Shown here piece after piece: positions 38,267 through 52,900 of a stretch of 64,000 nucleotides of DNA. The stretch is taken from NCBI RefSeq assembly GCF_018977255.1, contig NW_024704742.1, positions 41,478,001-41,542,000 on the forward strand. Reading direction: 5' to 3'. The notes beneath the pieces were generated by a model that saw only the letters and a list, made by a program, of their open reading frames with translations, ran no database searches and was not told the origin of the DNA. How positions within the stretch are numbered: the stretch's first letter is position 1; the number at the start of each line of letters is the position of its first letter. A program made the translations under genes and the position numbers. Source of the DNA: Callorhinchus milii. Taxonomy: Eukaryota.

Positions 38267-41200
38267 AATGTTCAATGTACACAGAGATTTCTTATGACCT
38301 GGAAATCGATCAGAAACCCACAGCAATTTCTTATGACCTGGAATCAGTCATTTTTGTAGTTGAAAAGCTAAAAATCTGGAAAAAAGATAAAATATCTTTT
38401 GAAAATGGGAAAAAAATTTAAAAACAGCAACTTGAAGATATACAACATATGCATGAATGAACTATAAGTAATGGATTACATTCTCAATATACCTTAATGT
38501 TTGGAATTTTAAAAATCAATAACAAAGTTCTGTTTTCTTTACAACACGTTCAGATTATGAGGTTCAAAATGTTTTATTGCATACTCGATCAATCAAGTCT
38601 GCATTTGTTAGTTTTATTCCCCGCAATGCAAATTGTTAATATTCTTTCTATGTTATACCTGATGATATATCCCTGACTTTGGCAAATCGTTTGGACACAA
38701 ATATTTCAGTACTCCATTCGTTGGTTCTCGTCATGCAATGTGGCATTTCAATTCAGCTAAGAATAGCATATCATCTTAACTCCTGTGTTTAACACTCAAA
38801 AGCCATCTCTGGGTAGAGAGGAACAAATGGGGCCTGCAATTGCAAAGCTGAAATCCAAGATAGTAACAGAACATATTGAAAAGAGAACTCCTTAACAAAG
38901 CACTGTGTAAAAGTCAGGTGATTTAATTAACAAACGGAAATGTATTTAGAAATATTGGAACCCCCCTGGCCCCCATATTTCAAAAGCACTTATAATTGTC
39001 TCAAATCTAAAATATTATTTGCAAATTTTACAACTGAAGATTCATTAGAATTATTCTTTCATAATAATCTTTCACCTATATAACAAGTGATTTGTCCATG
39101 CATATTGAGTGAGTTGATTGATTGATTATTTTGGTCTGATTTTCAGTGGCAATGTTAACTTCAGTTCAGTAAGATTAAAATTTATATTTCAGAGCATTGA
39201 ATTATTACTGAACAATTCCCACAATTTCTAAAAGTGTGATTGCCACAAATCATTAATTTAAATGTCTCTACATTAGAGCAGTGTTTTACAGATTCTCTTT
39301 TGTTCTCAAGACCCTCATGTTTCTAAATTATGACAGAACAGTCATAATGTCTCCAACTGATGTTAAACAAGATTTTCACAGTTGTAAAACTTGCAAAAAT
39401 GCTTTAATGATTTGCCTTTGAAATGTTGTTTTCCAGATCAGATTAATGGATGCTATTGCTAAACTGGGGAAACTTACATTTTTGATGATCAGCTAAAATT
39501 ATGTAAGTATTTTCCAGTGAATTTCCCATTGGGAATTCAACCATATTCACACATAAATAAATCATGGTACAGAGTATTTTACTTATGTAAATTGCTGGTG
39601 TTCTCATTGAGAAATGGAAATGCGTATCAAGGCCATAAACATTTACATTAATGTGAAATAATTGTCACAATTATATATAAGGTCTGAAACTCTTGAAGTA
39701 ACAAGAATATACAAAATAATAACATTTGGAAACTTGAGAAAGGATTATTTTTCTAATTTAGCAATATTTAAATTGACAACGTCCTTGGGATTGTACCTAA
39801 AGTTGTGATAAGCTCCACCTTCCTTCACTCTGAGGCCTCAATTGTCCCCAGAACCTGCCTGCCAAATCAATTTAGTTACATGATTTGTTACTAACTAATA
39901 TGGCACCCCTTATTTTAGTTTCTCTGAAGTAGAAACTAGAAACTAGTAATCAGGTCAGAATTTAAGAATAATTCTAATCATATTTACCATTTTATTTTGG
40001 TCAGCTGGGTGCCTGACCCATGCGGAAACCATCAGCATGCTTAAGAGTATCCAAACCAAACAAAGTTGCATGCATCCCACCTATAAGTGGAAATTCAAGA
40101 GATATTCATTGGAATGGAATGCACACTCTATCCCAGAAGGATGCATCCTGACGACCTAATTCCGGAGAGTATTACGCACAGATTGGCCGAGGCTTGGGAA
40201 ACCCCAGGATACACGGTGGGCTAACCTGCTAAAACTGCATCCAGGAAGCTGTAGGATTCACTGTTTGCAAATTTCACATTTTACACTTTGGTGTTGGATT
40301 AACAGTCTCTGTGATCTGCTGAGTTTTGTGCTGTTGTGGTCTCACAAGATATCTGAAAGGCACAAGACTAAGAAGCATTTTCGTGAGAGGTGCTAATGAG
40401 TGGGAAACAAGCGAAATAATTAGGACTCTTCAGCAGCTGTATTTAAACTGCAATGCTTTCCTTATTGTAACTATGGGAGATTAAGGATGTCATCAGCACA
40501 GCAAGGCCTCTTCTAAACAGCGAGAAATGCTTTCAGAAATGTCAGCACAACCTTACGCTTACTTAAGTCAAGGATATAAACACTCATTATCAGAAAACTG
40601 ATAAACAAGGCTCTTATTTTTTTGCTAGTTGCAAGAAAGCTGTGTTCTGCTGAAGACAGGTTGAACCTGCAGTTGTAGCAGCAAGTCTCAAGACAGGAGG
40701 ATCTATCATATGCCTATTTGCTGAATGGTAATCTTCTCATTGGGTCTTTACAATGGAAGATCCCATTAAAAAACATAATGAGAAGAACACTCTTTTTAAT
40801 TATCAACAAATTCCAATGTCTAGTTACCAATTTATTTAATCTGATATCAAACGGTTCTAAATAAACACAAAAATATATATTTTGTCTGAGAGGCACAATC
40901 ACAAAATGGTTTGCATAATATCCTGCTTGCCAAGACCACATTGACAAAATAGTTTCACCAGGAAATCAATTTGCAATACAAGAGGTGTGAATTGATTTGG
41001 TCTCCATTAAAAGCTCCACTCTGGCACTTTAACAACTTAAGAAGTTTTTAGGACCATTATTAATGTTATCAAAGAGCTGTTCACACTCTTGCCTCTTTAG
41101 CAATAATAAAAACCAACTGGAAATGTGGGTAGCGATACCTTAAAGTATAAGGTTAGCTGTACTTAACTGAGGGAGAACGGAGATGTGGCCTTTGATCCTC

Positions 41201-42189
41201 CTGATTAACCTCCAGATTAATTGGTTGTTCACCTTTTAGCTGTTGGCTAGCACAAATGGCTTTGGTTGCCTACAAAAAATCAGTCACTCCACTTGACAGT
41301 GATTACCTCTTAAGTACTTTGAGACATTTTCAGGCATCATATAAAAAATCTAAGTTTTGATAGTCCCAACATTGGCAATGTTCATCACAAGGTGCTTGTA
41401 CAGTTAAAGGAATCTCTTTCCCTAGTTTCTGGCAACAGTGGCAAGAGTGGAAGCAAGAAAATATAAATTGACCAATTCTGTATCTGTTTTCCTGACAAAT
41501 TCTCTTTTGACCCCTTTATAAAATACAGTAATTAGATGCAGGATTCATCATTTGTAATCACAAATTATTTGGATATAAATTAAACTCTATGCCTTACAAT
41601 TATAAAATGACAGGGGATGTGATTACAATTCTAATAGCCAATGTATTATACCCTGGACTTGGGGGAATCCAAATATTTGGGTAACGCTATTGCCAACTAG
41701 TGCCCATGAGTGAACATTATATTCAAATTTCCTTTAAAATGCAGTCTTTGTAATGTTTGTTAAACATTTAAGATATAAACGTGACACAGACCTGTCTCTT
41801 GAAAGGACTGGATGATTCAAATAAGTTAAAAGCCTTTGTGACCATCACAACTACAGGTAGAGCTGTTGGGAATGTTGGACTGAGTTCCTTCTCCTCAGTA
41901 GGTGGCACAGTTCAGTCGCTGCTTTCCTCATATTGCAGAGCTTCCTGAGTCATTGCTCCTCCAGTTTGCCAAGGTATGAGATTCAATTATAGTACATCCT
42001 GTGAGCTGTATAAGCTATCATGCAGACAAAGCCCCTTCTAAAATTGGAATATCCTCTTACTTAGTTGGACCATTCCAAAATATTCTGTGACACTGAGACA
42101 ATTATGAATGCCATAATAGAAACATAGTGGTTTCTATTATGGCATTCGTCTGCAAAGACATATCTTTGATTCCAAGGGCTGCATTTATA

Positions 42190-42345
42190 AATATAATAAT
42201 AATAATCATCCTTACATTTAATACAGCGCCTTATCACGCCACTGAGGCATCTCAAAGTGCTTCACAGAGTATATTGTAAAGTGATTGACCGTATTTTGTG
42301 GGCGAAACACGACAGCCAATTGCACACAGCAGTGTCCCACAAATG
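42190..42345 (-). mobile_element. SINE 3' fragment
   Basis: (TAA)n tail and gccaattgcacacagcagtgtcccacaaa core. Confidence 0.8.
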
Positions 42346-42426
42346 GTATTTACTATACACTGTCAGTTTGGATCAGTTGGCAGCCTCTATATCTGAAGGC
42401 AGGATGTTGAACTCATGGTCTAGGTT

Positions 42427-42493
42427 GAGATTCATATACAGTGCTTGGGTGCTCTGCATTGAGCAGAGCACCCAAGCACTGTATATGAATCTC
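42427..42493. repeat. Perfect 31-bp inverted repeat with 5-nt loop
   Basis: gagattcatatacagtgcttgggtgctctgc-attga-gcagagcacccaagcactgtatatgaatctc. Confidence 0.95.
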
Positions 42494-43384
42494 TGCATTG
42501 TCCCAATTGCTTGTTCAGGTGGAAATTAAAAATCCAATGGCATAATTCAAAAGAGAGTTTATTCATTGAAAATGTTAAATTTTCTGAACCTCCTCCTATT
42601 ACATGGCATTTTAAGTCCAGGAATCATCCATATTATGTTTCTCTGAACCATTTCCAATGGATTAACAGCCCTTTTATAGTTTGGTTTGCTGAAATTAAGC
42701 ACCATATTCCACCTGTGGCCTTTTGAATGGGTTGTACTTTGTTAAAATAGCTTGCTTCAACTATACTATAAACCAAAGTGTTTGTATCTGCACTGAGTGC
42801 TTTTATAAAACGGTACCAAACCACAATATACAGGTCTCCATTAAAATAAGAATTTTAAACTGTGGGAAACTAAAGGTATGTTTAACTAAACATGCTAAGT
42901 GTGATTTTTCATCGCACGCTTCAAAATAGTTTCTATAAACTCTTGTTAGCATTCAAGGCTTTTTCCCCCTGGATGTAAGGGCTTTTTGTTTCCTGTGGCG
43001 CATTCACAGACACAGCCTCAATTAAAGAGGCAAATGCATACATGGTTGCATGACTCACAATACATTATGCAATTTATTTCATTCAGTAACTTGGCAGCTG
43101 TACCACGAGCATGCTTCCCACGAACAATTCCAGTGTTGCTTTCCATTCACTATTATAGTAATGTGTGGTTTGACTCTACACCTGCAGTGCCTGAAACAGA
43201 AAAAAAACATAAAAATTATAAAAACATTCAACTAATTCCTGGCCAGTTTCATTTAAATATCAGTAGAAAATCATGATAAATTCAGGAGATTGTTTTGTTT
43301 GTTTAGATTTGGAGATATGTAATGAATGAATACTTTCAAGATTTCGTTCCTGCGTTCAATTCCCTTCATGATCTTACTCCACCC

Positions 43385-44045
43385 AACAAGAACAATGACA
43401 AATTGCATTTAAATAGCGCCGTGTACATCTGGAGGTTGGCCCGAAGCCCTGGAAGGTTTTCACCCAAGCTGCGAGGTTGGATTCCGGTGCAGGGTGGGGG
43501 GGTGTAAGGGGGTGGAAGTGATGGGGGAAAGATGACTCAAGGCTTGGTCAAAAATGAAGATCTTGAGATGGACCTTGAAGGAGGCGAGCGAAGGAGTGAG
43601 ATTGAGGGACTCTGGGATGGAGGTCCAGAGCATGGGGACAGATAGGCTGAAAGCCCAAACACCACTGGTGGGGCGGGCAGGGCAATGGATGTGAAGCGTG
43701 CTGTGCTTGCTGAATGGAGGGAGTGGGCAAGTTGGTAAAGTTTAAAAGGGCACAGAGGGAGGGTGGGGCAAGACCGTGGAGAAATTTAAAAGTGAGGATA
43801 AGGATCTTGAACTGAATCCTCTGAGGGAAGGGATGAGAGCCAGTGGAACCGGGTGAAGGTTGGGGTGATAGAGCTTAGTGCAGCAGAGAACACAAACTGA
43901 AGAGTTTGAATCGTTTGCAGATTGTTGAAGGAAGAGTTATGAAATGTAGGAGGCAGAGAGTTGCCGTAGTCTCGCCTGGACGTGATGAACGTATGGATAT
44001 GATGGCCCGAGGGAAGAGGTAGTGACGGAGGCGGGCAATGTTATA
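43385..44045 (-). mobile_element. L2 3' fragment
   Basis: aaagtgaggataaggatcttgaactgaatcctctg matches other copies. Confidence 0.82.
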
Positions 44046-47000
44046 AGATTACCCACCAATTTCCAGGGGATTGCTTCCATTATAGCAGATAATTGAAATT
44101 ATATGTTTTTAACAGGCAGATGGAAGCTTGGTTTAATGTTTCATACAAATCAATGTCTCAAAAATATTAACAATTAAAAAAACAGAGTTGAAAGCAACAA
44201 CTTTGTGAACGGCATTTGTATGTGCATTATTTCAGCACAGCAATTAAATATCTTGAAAACAGGCCTTTTATTCATTCTATCAAATACCTGATGTGGCAAT
44301 ATTTCCCTATCCCAGCTGCATTTGATTGGCATTTTGTGAATTACTGTGCAGTGCACTGTTGTGAATATACCAGCTAATAACAACATCAGCCAGTTAAATT
44401 GTGGAATTAGTGATAATTATGGAATACAAATGGCTATTTTGTGATTTCAAATTACATTTTCAAGTTGCCTGATAACTACAGTGTACTCATTTTAAATTTG
44501 GTGGTAATTGATGAAGGTGCAAATAGACTTCAGTCCAAAATAGTATGATTTGGATGCCATATGTATATGTATATATACATTTTCTATATATACAAATTAA
44601 ATATTAGGACTTATAAAATTCATAAATCTTCTGTTAACTGTGACCATGACCCAATTTAAGATATCCATTCATTCCCATTTGGGGAAATATTTATCATATA
44701 TCATTACTGGTGATCCTGTGCAGTGCTACTTGATTACATATGTTCAAGCCATCTGTTGCAGATTTGGGGTTTTCTATTTGTGAGTTATAGCCGTTCAGCT
44801 TATGACACTGACTGGCATAATGTCCTGGATTTAGTACAAAAAGGTGTCAGATTTGTCCTCTCTTTTCTCCTCAGATGTCTTTGTTTTTCTGCTACATCAA
44901 AGTCAGACAGCTTCAAGCCATACTGCAAGGAATATTGTTTAAAGTCTTATAGATTAAATAGCTATAAATAAACAGTAGAAAGGCCATCAACATCCACACA
45001 GTCAACAAATAGGGCTTGGAATCTAAGGTTTTCATGTTGGATGATGTTTAAAAACTAGCAACGTTGAAGGCCATGAGAATTTTCCATTTACTTAACTTTG
45101 AGTAGCAAAATGAAAATAGCAAAAATCGAAGGAAAGTAAGAGTAAAAAGTGTCATTGACTGTGTGCTAATCATCATCTCTACCCTGGATGAAGGGCACTA
45201 TATAAATGCAAGTTGTTATTGCTACCAATCAAAGAAGAGGTATGGGTGCACTTCACTCGGGAGTAGTCACGCACAAAATATACAGTCAAAGCACTTTGAG
45301 ACGTCTTGAAGACACGATAAGTCGCTATATCAAATGCAAAAATTATTATTATTATTAACTGTTTACTGGTATAGCACATTAGTTAATTGAGGGTGATCCA
45401 ACTTGCCACCCCCCACCGACCCCCACTCCCCATCACCAATTAATTTGACCCATCCACTTGCTCCATAACCTGTAAATGTTATGTTATAATAACATAATAA
45501 TATTGCTTATGTGACCTGCGGTCATTTCTCAAATAGGGCATCTGGCCCTCAGTAGCTGAAATGCTGGACTACCCTGCAAATCCATTTAGGTGGTAATGTC
45601 AACACAGATAATTATACCATAACAGTCTTTCAACCCCAACCATGAACAAATGTACAAATCTTCAATCACCATAACATTAGACCAGCTTAGCCACCTATCA
45701 GTGTGAATGTTATCCTGCTACCTTCTGCATTTTCAAATAATATTTGATGGTATTTGCTAAATATATGGTATAAACAAGAACACACAATCAAATAGACATT
45801 GGGTACATCACCTAAGTGATACATGTGCATGTTGGCAATGAGTTTCAATGGATTGTTTGACCATGGAGTTGACAGGGGGAATTCACAGCCGAATCCAATT
45901 CTATCCTTATCTAATGCTCATATTTCATAATACACTGTGATCACAAAACAATATTTAACTACAGTATTACATACCATGAAACTACAAAGAAACAAACCCA
46001 GGGATGTGGATTTGACACGGTGTGCCGAATGGTCTTCTGTGCTGTATATTTGTATAACACACATAGCCTCGTGTTTTGTGAGGTGTATTTACTGATTGGT
46101 TTATGTTTTAATACACTATAGAGAACCATAATTTATATCTAAAATATTTCCTTTCTAAATGTAATGATTTATAAGTAAATAAATTCTGTGAACGGTTATA
46201 ACAACTATAGACTATTAACAGCAGCTAATTATCCCGCACAAATACAGTATTGACACATCAACCATCAGCAAATGTTTAAATATCTGTAGTCGGGTGGGCA
46301 ATTTGCTTGTGCACATAATGGTGTTTCATGCTGGGTGCAATTTTGAGGTAAAGGGATTTGCTGCTTAGCATCCACTTTATTGTCCTGTGTTCTGATGAGG
46401 CCTTCATACAAAAATAGACCATCAAAGCTAGCTAAGTCCCACAATTTATATTATTGATTCAGCTCTTAATTTTGCATGTGTAGCTGTTAAAAGCAAGGCA
46501 GAGGGTATTAGTCTAATTGTCTGCGAAAGTGGGGAATGAATCTGCATTCTCAGACCATTTAGTGGAAGATAAATTCATCCATATTCCTTGGCTGTGTACA
46601 AGTGAGCATACATGACATCCCTGCTGGCATGTGTTAAGAATCTAATTATTGGCAATGTTCGGATGGAATTACAACAGCTTTGGATCTTGGAAACACAAGT
46701 TGAGAAAAAAACATTCAAATGTCAGCATTTATGCACCAATATTTATAACTTTGCTTTATTTGCAGATTTAGAAAGGTGGGTTTGTTGAATTTTTGGAAAG
46801 GCCGACCTTCAAATAAAGGTACTTGGATTAAGGGCCACCTCGGACTCAGGAATCTGATGCCAGCTTAAGAACTGCAGAAAAATCTTCAACTGAAATGAGA
46901 AACATCTGAACGACATCTCAATGTAACACAGGGAAGAGTTACTGTTGTCACACCAGTACGGTGATCAGATTTACTGAAGAACTAAACGGCTCTGCTACTT

Positions 47001-47074
47001 TTATTCAACTGAATTGAATAATATTACACAAAATAAACATTTCATTGTAACTGGGATGAACATTTTTGTTGATT

Positions 47075-47435
47075 AATTTCTTCTGCTCCTCTCCTGAAGG
47101 CACTGACTATTGCCATAATATGGTTCACAGCCACTGTCCCATTTCAACTGGTCCTTCTTCATGAACAGATGTGGAAAGCTGTTTGATGGGGGTGGGAAGG
47201 TAATCACAGTCGAGCTTGATCTGTTCTTACTCAATATTAACACACATGTCCCTTCGGCAGGTGCTCTGTGTAGAAATCAGGAGTGGGAACACTGGTTGAT
47301 TTATTCCTTTCTTTACCCTGAAGCCAGTGGTAGCACCATACTGATTCCCTATCTGAAATAAGATTATTCTGCATGGATTCGGATTCAAAACATTAAACTT
47401 TCTGGTATGGGCTAGAGCCTTAAGCTTTTACCCAA
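47075..47435 (-). mobile_element. Ancient tRNA-SINE-like repeat of a different family (probable relatives near 37640-37830 and 45850-45950)
   Basis: Degenerate mutual similarity between these segments; ends tgccttcaggagagg on the minus strand. Family not identified. Confidence 0.45.
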
Positions 47436-49819
47436 TAGTAGGTTTCTTGGATTTCATATACAGTTTTGTTACTGGCCATATTAAGCAAAACCTTCTTTAG
47501 CATAAGCTGGGATACTGGTGGGAATATATTAACAGATCCAAACCCATGTCTCATAACTCTGATCTATTGTTGTAGTATTTGCAAGTACTGCAGTGTACTC
47601 AGAGAACAGTCCAGTGGTAGGTAGAGTTTTTCTGCCTTTTGCAGTACAATGTGGATTCTAGTCACCGGTTGGCGAATCTTTGGTAGTGGATGTTGATTCC
47701 ACCTCCTCTAAGGATTTGACCTTCATTGTCACCACTATTATAATAGTTTGCATTCATTAGAATACATTAACATATGTAAAATACCTCATTCTTTCTTGTT
47801 AAGGCAGTGGATTTGAATAATTCCAATTAAATTTTGATTGGGTGTCTAAATTTATAGAAGCGGGAAGGTAAATTCTGTTAGAATTTGTAACATTCCTACC
47901 TTAGTGGTAAGTGAGCGCATTTACTCTTGCAAGACTGTACCTTCACAGTCAAAATTTAGGATAATGCTCCTTTTTTTGATTTTCAGTAGTTCTAAAGTTC
48001 AGCCAGTTTATTGGGGCAATAAAATACACTTCTTCTAAAATGGGACAGTATTAAAGTCCTTAATTTGCTATTTAGTTGGTCTGATACACCGGAATATTCC
48101 TTTGAGTATTAATTGATTTTGTAATGATATTTGTAGCATGTAATGAAGAACATGTTATTCTATTTTACTACTGATGCCAAGATCTGCAGGAGATGAAGCT
48201 AACAATATATGTTGATTTTCCATAATTAAAAATGTTTTCTTGTAAACAAATTAATAATTTGGATTCAAATTTGTCTACCTTTTTCATGTTTTCTTCTGAT
48301 TTTCATGCTGTGTTGAAGCTCTAAGGAAACTTGTCAGTTCTAATTAATCTCAAGATACTGCTCCACCAGCTTTAAACGCTTTCGCCAGTTAAACCTAATA
48401 CCACTGATCAATACCTTTTAAATCTTTTACTTACAATTTTTCAGTGCACAGACATTGCAAGTAATGTGAGTATTGTACCAACTATCAAAGGAAGAGGATT
48501 ATAATTTACTCTGATTTTATTGTAAGTCAAAGCTATTTAACAATAAACCTTTTCAGCGTAGGTACTATTAATGATAGATATAATAGAATTCATTTTACAA
48601 AGGTATTTCATACTGGGCAGAAGTAAATTGCTGTAACCTTTATAGAGGCAATAGAACTTCACGCATGCCAGTCTTAATGTGCATCAAAATCTCAATATGA
48701 AAAACTGACATTGAAGCGCAATCCTCAAATGTATTTGACATATTAATTGTTAGTTGTTTAAATATGTTATTTTATATGGTAATCACAATAGTTTTTATAT
48801 GACAACAGAAGACAATGTGTTAATGGCTCTCCCAAGTAAGACATAATTATGTTTTTGTAAATAATTATATAAGATCCAATGCACAGTATCCATTTAGATA
48901 AATGGTATGTTGAATTTTCATTGAAATGCAAAGTGTAATTTTCCTGCAAATATGAAGCTAAATTTCAGCATTAGCTGCTTTAATCAATCATGGTTCTTAA
49001 TGAAAATCAAACCTGATTTTAGAGCTGAATAAGAAAAAAGATTTTGCTTTCAATCATTTTTGCAGTGTAAAATGACACCTTTTTTGCATTTGATTCCCCA
49101 TCTCATGGCTATTTCAAACGCATTACATTTTTCATTAGTGAAATTTGATAGTTTAAAAATGGCTCACAAATCAGTTACACTGAGTCTTTTTTTGCTGGGT
49201 TTCTAATTATACAGGTTGAAAAATGGGTTAGAAATCATGATCCACTTTAATAACGGAAGTGGAAAAGCTTCCTAAATAACACAAATAAGTATTGCGCTAA
49301 GACTTCTTAGGACGATTCTTCATTTACAGTGTAATTAAGATATTATTTGAATGCTAAATCATTTACTAGCCATAATAATCTTACATATATTATAGATCAT
49401 TTGAATTTTTTTAAAAAAGGTTTAATGCTGGTATAATATTCTGACCATTTAAACTGAAAATGTTTGCTTGTATGGTATTTCTGGATCATTTGTTTATCAC
49501 TTCTCTTACAAATATGGTACTTTGTATTGTATAAAATTATTTTTTATGCAAAGCATGAAAGATCAAGCACAAAAGATAATGACAAAGAGTCTTTTCCTAC
49601 CACCCAGTTGTTTGTCTTGTGTTTTCCATCTTCACTGCTGTTCTAGTTCACCTGCGAAACTAGGAAAATCTTACATGCTCTTTCAGAGGTTCTAATCTCA
49701 GTACTCCTCTATGGCTCTACTTATGTGAAAGCAATGCCTAATGCATTACATGATGTTTTTTCCTTTGTGTTAAATAACATTACAAAGATGCAGTGCATAT
49801 ATGTCTCCTTAGTATATAT

Positions 49820-49990
49820 GTCCCCTCCTGCCTGAAAACCTTTCTTTTCGGTCGTGCTTACGGTCATCTCCTCCCCCCCATCCCTCCGGCTAGAAGTCAG
49901 TCTCCGCTACTGTTAAGCGCTCTGAGACGCTACCCTGCATGGAGAGCGCTATATAAGTGCAAGTTATTGTTGTTGTTGAGTTGTTATTGT
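49820..49990 (+). mobile_element. Short L2 3' end
   Basis: LKTFLFGRAY C-terminus, stem-loop tail and (TTG)n. Confidence 0.8.
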
Positions 49991-52900
49991 TGCATTTTTC
50001 TCCTGTCAATTCCAGGTAAGTCACTGAGTATCAGATGAATTTGATGTATTGAATTTATCCAACAGAAGATTTGAATCCAGTTGAGGTGTTGGTGAGAAGC
50101 AATATCTGAAGCCTCATTTGACGACGGATGAATCCTTGTAAATCCAATAATTCAAGTAACTGTACAGAAACATTTTTTAAGCTGTCTTGTTTTGTTGCAT
50201 CAGTTATCACATGTTGTTGTATAATATAAATTGATGTCATTCTTTGTCACATCAGTTGTTGAATTGCTTGTTAATAATCTAGTTAGTATTATCGGATAAA
50301 TCAAAGGGAAGTTTCCTTTCAATGCAGAATAAGAACAAATGTCAGTTTCCTCCAAAGAAAGGATCATGTTGCCCTGGACTTCAGATGAAAACTATACAAA
50401 ATCCATTGTACTCATTGGTAAATAGGCTTAATACTAAGTTAGTACTGCAATTCTTATTAATAACTGCAGTAGTTTCAAGCGCATGTTCTGGCTGCAAGAT
50501 AAAAACAGAGGGTTTAGGTATTTAGTGTATCAAGTCAAAAGTGGAACAGAATTGTAGGACCTATCAGAAAGTACCATTTTATGTGTCCCACGAACTCTAT
50601 GCAATTGCATATTGACTATTTCTACCGCAAAGAGATACGTGTTTGTCCCTACGATACAATGATGAGATTGTAACCTCATTTGTTGAGGTGCTAAATAGAA
50701 ATCCTTCGCCTGAATGAAGGAAAATCTGTGTTGCTCTCCTGCATTTGCCATCAGTTAGTTACAGAGTGGCATTGATACACAAGAGAATAGGTTACCTCTT
50801 TGACCTTGCTGTCGAGGAATGCAAGATGTGACAGAACCAAAGAACGCAGGAAAAAAATAAAAGAAGTAATAATAAGAAACTCGAACCAAGCAAAATCCGA
50901 AACAGTAAACAAAATATAGGGCCAATATAGGCTTGATGACCAAATGGCCTGCAGTTTCTTTGATTCCATGATAAATATGCTATTAGGCTGAATTTTTAAA
51001 AATAAGGTAAAGTATTATGCTTCTATTTTAAATGAACATGCATTATTCCCACTCTCGGTCGAAAGTTGTTATAGGTCAATAACTCAACGTAAAGTACTGC
51101 ATTTGCCCCTTATGTTTCCTAGCATAAAAAAATATATTTGTTTTTCTCTCAGTTGAAAATTTCCCACAACTGGTCTGTAATCTTGTACTAAGAATAAAAA
51201 GATAGGTCCCAATTGGGGACAAGATACAAATGGTCTTCAAGGTTCCTCTCAGCTGAAGTGCAGCCTCTTCAGAGAAATCTTTTTCTGGTCTCCAAGAAGG
51301 AGTCCTTCAAACAATACATTTTGTGAGAAGACTGAAGAATTTAAAAAAATAAGAATGAGAGATACATAAGTATTTCACCTGTCCTATAATTGCAATCTCC
51401 TTTGACTCTAGCTCATTCAGAATTCCACTACAATGCATTTTTTCAGTTCATTAAGATACAGAATTTAGACTGTTATCATATTTCTCTATGTTAACCACAT
51501 AGCAATCAGTTACAACTGAATAATCTGCTCTAATAACAATCAAACAGTTTAGATTTGTATTAATGAAATTACTTGTCTGTAAAGTTGTTGTTTTAGATGG
51601 GTTTTACTAACTATGGAAATGACAAAAATAATAATGGTTGCATGAGCTGGCTAAACAACACAGGCACATTAAGCTACAATTTCGTTCTGAGGACCACAGG
51701 TGCTATACTGTAATAATAATATTAAACGGTATGCATGCTCCTTACAAATTTACAATCAAGTCTCACGTCTCTATCAATATTATTAAAACATATTTTCAAG
51801 TGAACTTTTCGTCATGCCTCAGATTCCAGGTAGGGTTGTCAGCCACTATAAGAATTGGAGAGTCTGCAGTGCTAATAGCAAGACGTGATGGAGATGGTCA
51901 GTGAGCGAAAAGGTTGTTAGAACTTTTAATACAGTATTGGAAATACGTCTGTTCTCTGCACTGTAGATAACTTCTATCGGGCAACAAAACAATTGTAACT
52001 ATTATAACTGAAATAAAAAAACTAATTCAAAAATCTAAATGTCGCTAGCAGTGCACTCTCTAATAAAATAAAACTTTTACAAGCCTGTCATTATTTTCAT
52101 AAATATTCTTCTTGGCAGAATAATAGTATCTCATTTATTTGGAGATATAAAATATTATCTTTCGTATTATGGTGCTCCTGGTATCTGAACATAGTTAATA
52201 AAAAAAAACTATCACTATAAAACAAATGTTTTTACGGCTAATAGGTGCTTTCACATGTCAGGTTACAAATCTAGTGGTTTAGAAAGTAAGTTCATTGTGT
52301 CAGAATAGCTGTACATCACTAATGACTTGAATACAGTTTGACTGTTCTCTTTTCTGCACTCTGTGGGATGTCAGAATATTTAATTCATGATGTTAAAAAG
52401 ATCTTGAAATGTCAGAATAATTATGTCACAGCAGGCATTTAAAAACTCTGGAAAATGTCATCTGACTGAGTGCATTCCATGCTCTTTGTTATTTTAGAAA
52501 ATTAATGAGTGACTGACACATATAGGGGGTCATGCTGCAAATTTCAGCTGTGACTGAAGATGCATCATTTGCATACTGCAAACTTTATAATACTCATCTT
52601 ATTTTAACTGATGTCCAAAGCATGCATTATATCCGGTACATTGTGACTATACTCATTACTCTAAACCAAGGTAAAATATTATGTTAAGAAAGCTAGAAAT
52701 ATGCTTCTGTGATATTTAAATAATGATTCTAACCCTTACAAAAATCCTAAATACTGTAATGTTCTATTATTGAAAAACATGAAGCATTTAAAATGGTTCA
52801 CATTCTTTGTTCTCTTGGCTCCTTTCAGAAGCTGAAAGAGAGTTTGTTTTGAATTGCAACCTAATTATGCAAAGAGGATTTTAAGGTGATGTATAATGCC

